A DNA stretch of 64,000 bases from Lingula anatina (lineage: Eukaryota > Animalia > Brachiopoda): the NCBI GenBank assembly GCA_051362555.1, contig CM120640.1, positions 26,398,225 to 26,462,224 of the forward strand. The letters are read 5' to 3'. Below, piece after piece: positions 43,901 through 64,000 of this stretch; the stretch's first letter is position 1; every line of letters begins with the position of its first letter. The position numbers and the translations under genes were made by a program. The notes under the pieces were generated by a model, which worked only from the letters and a program-made list of their open reading frames with translations, searched no databases and had not been told where the DNA came from.

Positions 43901-44345
43901 TTCTGTGTATAATTAGGATCGTTATGAATGAAAAAGAAAGCTTGATGATTTGAACTCCTTAGGTGAATCATGAGCGTTGAGATCTATAAAGAAAAAATAT
44001 GCAAGATGGAAGCTCACACAAGTAAAACTGCAATAATATTTTGTCGCTTTTTCAATTTTAGGACATCATTTCAGTAGTCCAAGCAACGTCCCCACCGGAT
44101 ACGGTACGGCGGTGTCACAGGTCACATGGTCTACGACAGCCCGCGTTCTCTCCGAGTGCATTGCAAAGTGCACTACGGCAGAGACTTGCCTCTCTGTGAA
44201 TTACCAAGATGTTTTCGGTCAACCAAGTCAGTGTGAACTATCCGCTGCCATTTCGAAGTTCAATTCTTCGGTTCAGTTTGAGGATAAGGGTGGGACCTAT
44301 AAATACTTTGAAATGGACCACAGCGTCAACCACATTTGCGTTTGA
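36612..44345 (+). CDS. Secreted protein with five tandem LamG-like (ConA/pentraxin-fold) domains and a C-terminal PAN/apple-like domain. Exons 36612-36693, 37722-38206, 38562-38751, 38954-39637, 39869-40102, 40563-40859, 41184-41321, 41612-42289, 42712-42822, 43199-43744, 44062-44345
   Basis: Signal-peptide exon. Five repeats of P.G.W.L...SYI.I.N.G.LD(A/V)R.SFT...W.H(L/V)A(V/L)TYDY..G...Y.NG...IG.....F.G...C...Y...L....I......C. Last exon CIAKC....TCLSVNY....CELS is PAN-like. Confidence 0.85.
40865..40918. repeat. Compound (CT)n(CA)n microsatellite
   Basis: Visible run after a splice donor. Confidence 0.9.
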
Positions 44346-46318
44346 ATGTTTCTTCGAAACCTTATATAGCAGAAAGATGTTAAGAGACAAGACAATCAAG
44401 AACGTTAAGATTAGGGTCTGGTTTTGACTTTTAAGATTGGAAAAAATATAGAATCGTTGTATAAAACCACGTGTTTTATAATTTAGATGTTTTACTATAT
44501 TCACTTATTCGGTTTAGTTTTTTTTTCCAAATTCTAAATTAAATGCCAGTAGTTTCAGCGACAAGATAATTTAATGACCGTTTTAACTTTGAAGTGAACT
44601 ACTGTGCAGCTATATCATCTGCGGGGTTTTGGCTTGAAATTTCATTAATGTATTGGCAGTTGTAACATTAGGGCTATTAATGCATATCAGAAGGCACAGT
44701 TTGTGGGGATACATGTATAAATTGAAAATTGTGACTATTAACTTTTCTGAGGTCTGAGCAATATACCACTATAAATAAACCGTTTGATCTTCAATCCAGG
44801 AAAAATAACCATATTTCAGAAGAAAATATAATACATTGTTTACATAGGTTGTATCATACCCAAATCATTAGTCCTTACAATTGAAAGGAAAATTGGGAGT
44901 ATGTAAGGCAACAAATTTCACATGAACTCTTTTTGCCTTCGATGTTATTGTTTGCTAAATATAAAGGTTCGACGTGGCCGTATAGGCCTACTTTGCTAAG
45001 AAAATGGTAAATTGTTCCTCAAATACATTTTCAATAGCACCATTACGTCCAAAATTGCAACTCTAATTCAATTTCATGTCTGTAGATAAAATCAGATTGA
45101 CAATAAATAATTATGCGTGTGTGATAACTCGTGTCTTTTCATTGTTTCTTTAGATGCAAATGCAATAGCTTTTTAATATTAAACCATACCGCATGAAGTA
45201 CCCTCAAGGCAATCTGCTCTGAGACTCGGATCAAATCAGAAACCTTGTAAGACTGTATTTATCGATATAAACAAATACAATTGCTTAATAGGTGTGCAAT
45301 TTATAGGCCTACCACTTGTCCCGTTCTCCAACGTATCAGTTTTTAGAGGTATACTGTAACAATCTATAGCAAGAATAGTACTGAACATTTTGGAGAAAAC
45401 TTAGTAAGACATTATCTGCAGTTGATCGATTCATCTTGATATGTCGTCGATTTATGGTTTTAATAAAGCAATGCGCAATTTTCGGTTCAGACAGTGCGAT
45501 AGTTGTGACGATCATCCCGGACTTCAATTGTGTTTGTTGCTACAGTGGCTCTCTGGGCGGTTGCCATCTCAGTAAAATCACATTTTGTGACATTTTCATA
45601 AACCATGTTAGAAGTTTTCTTCAAATAAAGAACATTCAAAATTGTGATACGTGTCCTGAGGGCCACTTTTATTTTTGAAAAACGAATCGAATATCTATCT
45701 ACGTAACAGAAGTCAGAAAGTTTCACTACGAGTCCATAAGGTACTCCTTTCACATATTATTACCACAATCATTTTTAATTTCTGCCACTGGTTTTACCAT
45801 TTAAACCAAAGAAATATGGGGAAATACTTTGAACTTTTGAGGTCATACTTCAGACCAATTTACTTGTTCTAAATTTTCTCTGGTGCATTTTAGGACTGGG
45901 AATCACTTCGGTAAAGAAACAGGGATAGGTATTTAAATGATACCGAATTTAAATCTTGAGCCATTTTACTTCAAGATCATAACAGTTCATGTTCTAAGTT
46001 TGTTTAATAACAATTGTAAGTTTCTATATCAATGTGGCACTGGGTTTACTTTTTAAATCAACAACTGCATACAACTGATAAAGTACAAACAATGTGCTGT
46101 TGAGAGTTATCAATGCTGATATAACAAGTCCATATAATTCAACATTTTGCTATTTCAGTACTTCACGGATGATTTAAATTAAAATCTGTTTAAAAGCATA
46201 CAATATCCCATATCATTTTTTTTTTTTTGCTAATTACAAATCATTAACAAACGATAATTATAAAACATATTGTGCTAATCATTAAACAGAAAATCTTGAC
46301 AGCATAGTTAAAAATTCT

Positions 46319-60221
<13,903 letters not shown>

Positions 60222-60804
60222 GATCAAACTTTCTTAAAAAAGGAAAGAAAAATGCAAAAATTGTGAAAAATATTACATACTACCATTCTATCAACAGAAT
60301 TCTAATTACTTCATCACACAATAATAATAACTTTTCCAAGTCTGAAAATAACATGAGTAAGAGCTACAGTACGTGTAACAGGGAAAACCGTAGCAAGTGC
60401 ATGAAGTCAAAACAAAACTGGATGTTGATATCTGAACACAGTTTATAGGTGCAGCATTGCAGCATATAAACAACAGTGAGAATAGATAAACGGGAGCAGT
60501 CTTGCTTCCGCCCCTTAAACACAAACGAGTGTGTTACCTGCTTCGAAAAGCTTGACTTCTTCAAATCTTCATTCAAGTATTTGCCGCCATATCAAATAGA
60601 AACTGGGATGTCGTCGAATGAAAGAAGCAGTAACAAATTCCATCCAATCACAGTCCTTAATACTGACAGTAGAGGAAGTAAGTTTTTAAGGTCAAGGTTG
60701 TTGATTATTTTTTTTACTACAGATTTTACTACAAACCTGCCCAAGCTTGATTTTGTTAACATTTGAAACTCAAACAGGGATCGCTTTGGATATATTGGTA
60801 AATT
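60222..60804. promoter_or_regulatory. FANCI 5' UTR/first intron and probable FANCI-POLL bidirectional promoter
   Basis: Divergent ATGs ~580 bp apart. Minus-strand donor CAG|GTAAC at ~60537, YY1-like GCCGCCAT at ~60583, CCAATCA at ~60643. Confidence 0.55.
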
Positions 60805-63546
60805 ATGCATAAACGAAACCGTGTAAATGATGCTAATGACCATCAACGCAAAAGGCAGAGGAAAAATGAGGTTGGAGCGGAAGATGAGCCAAATATGGGA
60901 AACACAAAAGATGACAATGTGCAATCGGCTGCCGCCAATGACAATATTTTCAAAAACTTGACATTCTTTATATTACAGGCTGGGGGATTAACAAAAGCAA
61001 GGTGTGATATCTTCAGGAAACAAATTTTTAAACATGGAGGGCAGCACGAGAAAAACAGAACATCAAACATAACACACATGATTATTGATGATAAAATGGA
61101 CTATGAAAAATTGTGTAAAATTTTAAAAGTTGAAGCACCTCCTCCGAATGTTAAGCTTGTGAAATCAATGTGGTTAAGCATGTGCATAAAACAAAAGGAA
61201 CTCGTACCTACAAACAGTTTTGAGGTCCTAATGAATCCCTCAAGCGTTAAAGAGAAAAATCTGTCAGCAGTATCCATAGCAGGTGATCAGAGGGAGGATT
61301 CTACAAAAGAAGATAAGGCCTGTTCTAACGATGTTCCTGCATTTAGTGGGACATGTCATGTTGACAAATATAAAAAAGATGCTGTGTTAAATGTGCAAGG
61401 AGAAGGAGATGATGAAAGTGATTATATGCCCAGTGATGGTGAAGAAGATTGTAGGAATTCTGATGATATGAATAAAGAGAGTAGTACCAGCAGCTTCAGA
61501 CCAACAAGTTCTTCTCCTAGGAAGTTACCAGTGAGAGACTTGCCTTCTACTCAGTTATTAAGTACACTAGGAAAATTTTCATAGATACATATTTATTTTG
61601 TTTTGATGGAATACCTATTGATTAAAATTGTTGCAGAAGTAAATATAAAAATATCAAGCCTGGTTGAAAACAATGCAACAGGTAGATGTTAGAGCATTTA
61701 AGAAACTCATAACTGAGCTTGGAAATATTTTTTAGTATCATATCCTAAGGTGAAGTCTGAGGAAACATTTCAACAGTATGAAAGAACATTTTTCAGTATG
61801 TCATTATATTTCAGTGAGCTTGGTACGTATACAATTGCCAGATTTGTTTTACTGCTAGAACAGTTCAAAATTAGCAAATAATTCTTTCTATTTAGGATAA
61901 AGCAGCACTTATGATTTTTTTATATCTTTTGTAGAAAGGTAATTGGGTATGTGCGCAGTCCTCATTACAAAAGACCTATAATGCCAACCAACATATAACG
62001 GAAAAACTAGAGGTTTGTATTATCTATTCATTCATTCAAAATAAGTAATCAAAATGGAAAATACACACAATTATTTTTCAAGTTTTACTAGTCAGTAAGA
62101 ATTGACATTTTTCTTAATTTAAAAATATTTTATTTAAATATTTCAGCAACTTGCTAAAACCTATCAGAGTACAAATGATAGATGGAGAGCAATGACCTAC
62201 CAGAAAGCTGTTGCAGCATTGAAAAGATATGACAAAGAGATAACATCATGGGAAGTGAGTGGATATAATTCATTTTTTAGGGAACATATGAACATATTTG
62301 TAAATACCTACTTTTCTTAGCAGTTGCATGTAGGTACTGTATCTGTCATGTATAGAATGACATCTCAATGAATAAATTTTCATGGTAGAAAAATTGGCAA
62401 TTTTAATGCATTTATTTTGAAATGTTTGTATATACCCAACAGTCTTAGTTCATATCTTGGGGTTTTTAAGTACAATTAATACATTTTTTCTCATATGCTA
62501 TATATTCTTCAGCAAGCCAAAGCCATACCAGGTATTGGTGCCAGTTTAGCAGACAAAATTTGGGAAATTGTTGAAAGTGGAGAGTTAAGAAAACTCAATG
62601 AATTGTCATCAGCTGGAGATATAGCAACATTAAATTTATTCACTAATATTTGGGGAGCCGGACCCACTACGGCCAGAGCATGGGTGCAGCAGGTAAGACT
62701 TTAGTTTTCCTAATGTTTCCTTTTTAATATTAATTGTGCATTTGCATTTTTTAACTGCTGCTTCCTGTGATGTTCTTTTCATTAGAACTGTATGTCATGC
62801 CATTCATCTGATTATATATTTTGTAGGGTATGAGGTCTCTAGAAGATTTGAAAACAAGAGCAAATCTTACCCGTCAGCAAAAAATTGGTTTGAAGTATTA
62901 TGATGAACTCTTGGACAGAATGCCAAGAGAAGAGGCTGCAGAAATTGAAGCCACTGTAAGTTACACTTCATAAAAGAGTAATTAAGATAGTTTTTGTTTT
63001 ATGCGCACATATTATGCAAACGATTGCCAATTGTAATATAAGGCCAGAGGCCTGTTTACAGAAATAAAGTCTCTCATTCACTAAAAAAGAAAAAAAATAC
63101 AAAAATTAAGATATTTCATTTTCAGTTTAAGGGATTATCTATCTTTTCTCAATGCAGAGTGATCCCCATGTAAAATATGCTAGCCTCCCCCCGCCGCCGC
63201 CGACTAGAATTAACTTTTGTGTGCGCTCAGCTCTCAGAAGCTGACAGTAATTTAGCATGAACCCCAGGGAGTTAGGTCGATCCAGATGGATTGATCTAAA
63301 TCTGTGGGAACCCAGTCTTAGATGAGAATTTCTTAATCGTTTATAATCATTGCTACATTTTGAATCAATTCCCCCAGGTGAAAGAGGCAGCCCTCAGCAT
63401 TCAATCAGGGCTGATAGCCATGGCCTGTGGATCATACAGACGTGGAAAGAAGACTTGTGGAGATGTAGATGTACTAATTACTCATCCTGATGGGCATTCA
63501 CACAAAGGAGTGTTTAATAAACTTCTTGTTAAGTTGAAAGACCAAG
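60805..63546 (+). CDS. POLL: DNA polymerase lambda (X family), 5' part. Exons 60805-61530, 61935-62012, 62147-62254, 62513-62692, 62827-62955, 63378-63546; continues beyond the window
   Basis: BRCT domain (IFKNLTFFI...GG...THMII...WLSMC), WVCAQSS, 8-kDa lyase domain ([29 protein letters not shown]), [42 protein letters not shown]. Confidence 0.95.
63207..63317. mobile_element. MITE family A, truncated copy
   Basis: AATTTAGCATGAACCCCAGGGAGTTAGGTCGATC...GATCTAAATCTGTGGGAACCCAGTC-TTA; the other half is missing. Confidence 0.8.
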
Positions 63547-64000
63547 GTAAGCATTTTTTTAAATCATTTTTGTACCGAAGTGTAAGTAAGTCAGAAATAA
63601 GTAAAAGAAATGATAACAGTGATTTTCATGAATTTTTTTTCGTAAAAGTGTTATGCGGCACGTTTCCCTTGCCCAAATATAATTTTTTTTTTCATTAAAA
63701 TTCTGGACACAAGACCAATACTTGTCTATATCCAGTCTATATCCAGCTAATTTCTTTGAATTGGATGCATAAACCTCTGTCGTCCGTTTTCATGATGCCC
63801 ATTTTTTATCCTGAATTACCGATAGGTGCTAGTTCGCTTAGCGTTCATTTCATATTTACCACAGATTTTATTACAAAATAAATGCAATACTTATTTCATT
63901 GTATTTACTGTTGTAACTTGACCTTATATTATGCTGATACCCTGAGAAGTGAAAATATTTTGCTAGAACATATGAACAATAGTGAAAATGTTTGCAAAAT

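Overview
AT-rich, intron-containing animal genomic DNA, probably a marine invertebrate such as a mollusc (inference from gene content and repeat style). It is gene-dense, with seven complete spliced genes and one truncated by the window end. In order: Elongin B (-), a Xi-class GST/glutathionyl-hydroquinone reductase (+), PERK/EIF2AK3 (+), a RING-less coiled-coil/filamin/NHL TRIM-like gene (+), an orphan Cys-rich type I membrane protein (-), a secreted 5x LamG-like + PAN/apple protein (+), FANCI (-) and the 5' part of DNA polymerase lambda (+). Interspersed are Harbinger/Tourist-like MITEs with 3-bp targets, other TIR elements and microsatellites. The main oddities: the membrane-protein gene has a UGA-CAAUCA readthrough-type stop followed by a 72-codon in-frame extension; a hammerhead-like three-stem RNA with a non-canonical core lies near 20.75 kb; one FANCI exon has a frameshift and premature stop; a FANCI intron carries a copy of nearby exon sequence; PERK has a GC-AG first intron; and ELOB/GHR and FANCI/POLL are head-to-head pairs. 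Exon coordinates were read by eye and may be off by a few bases.
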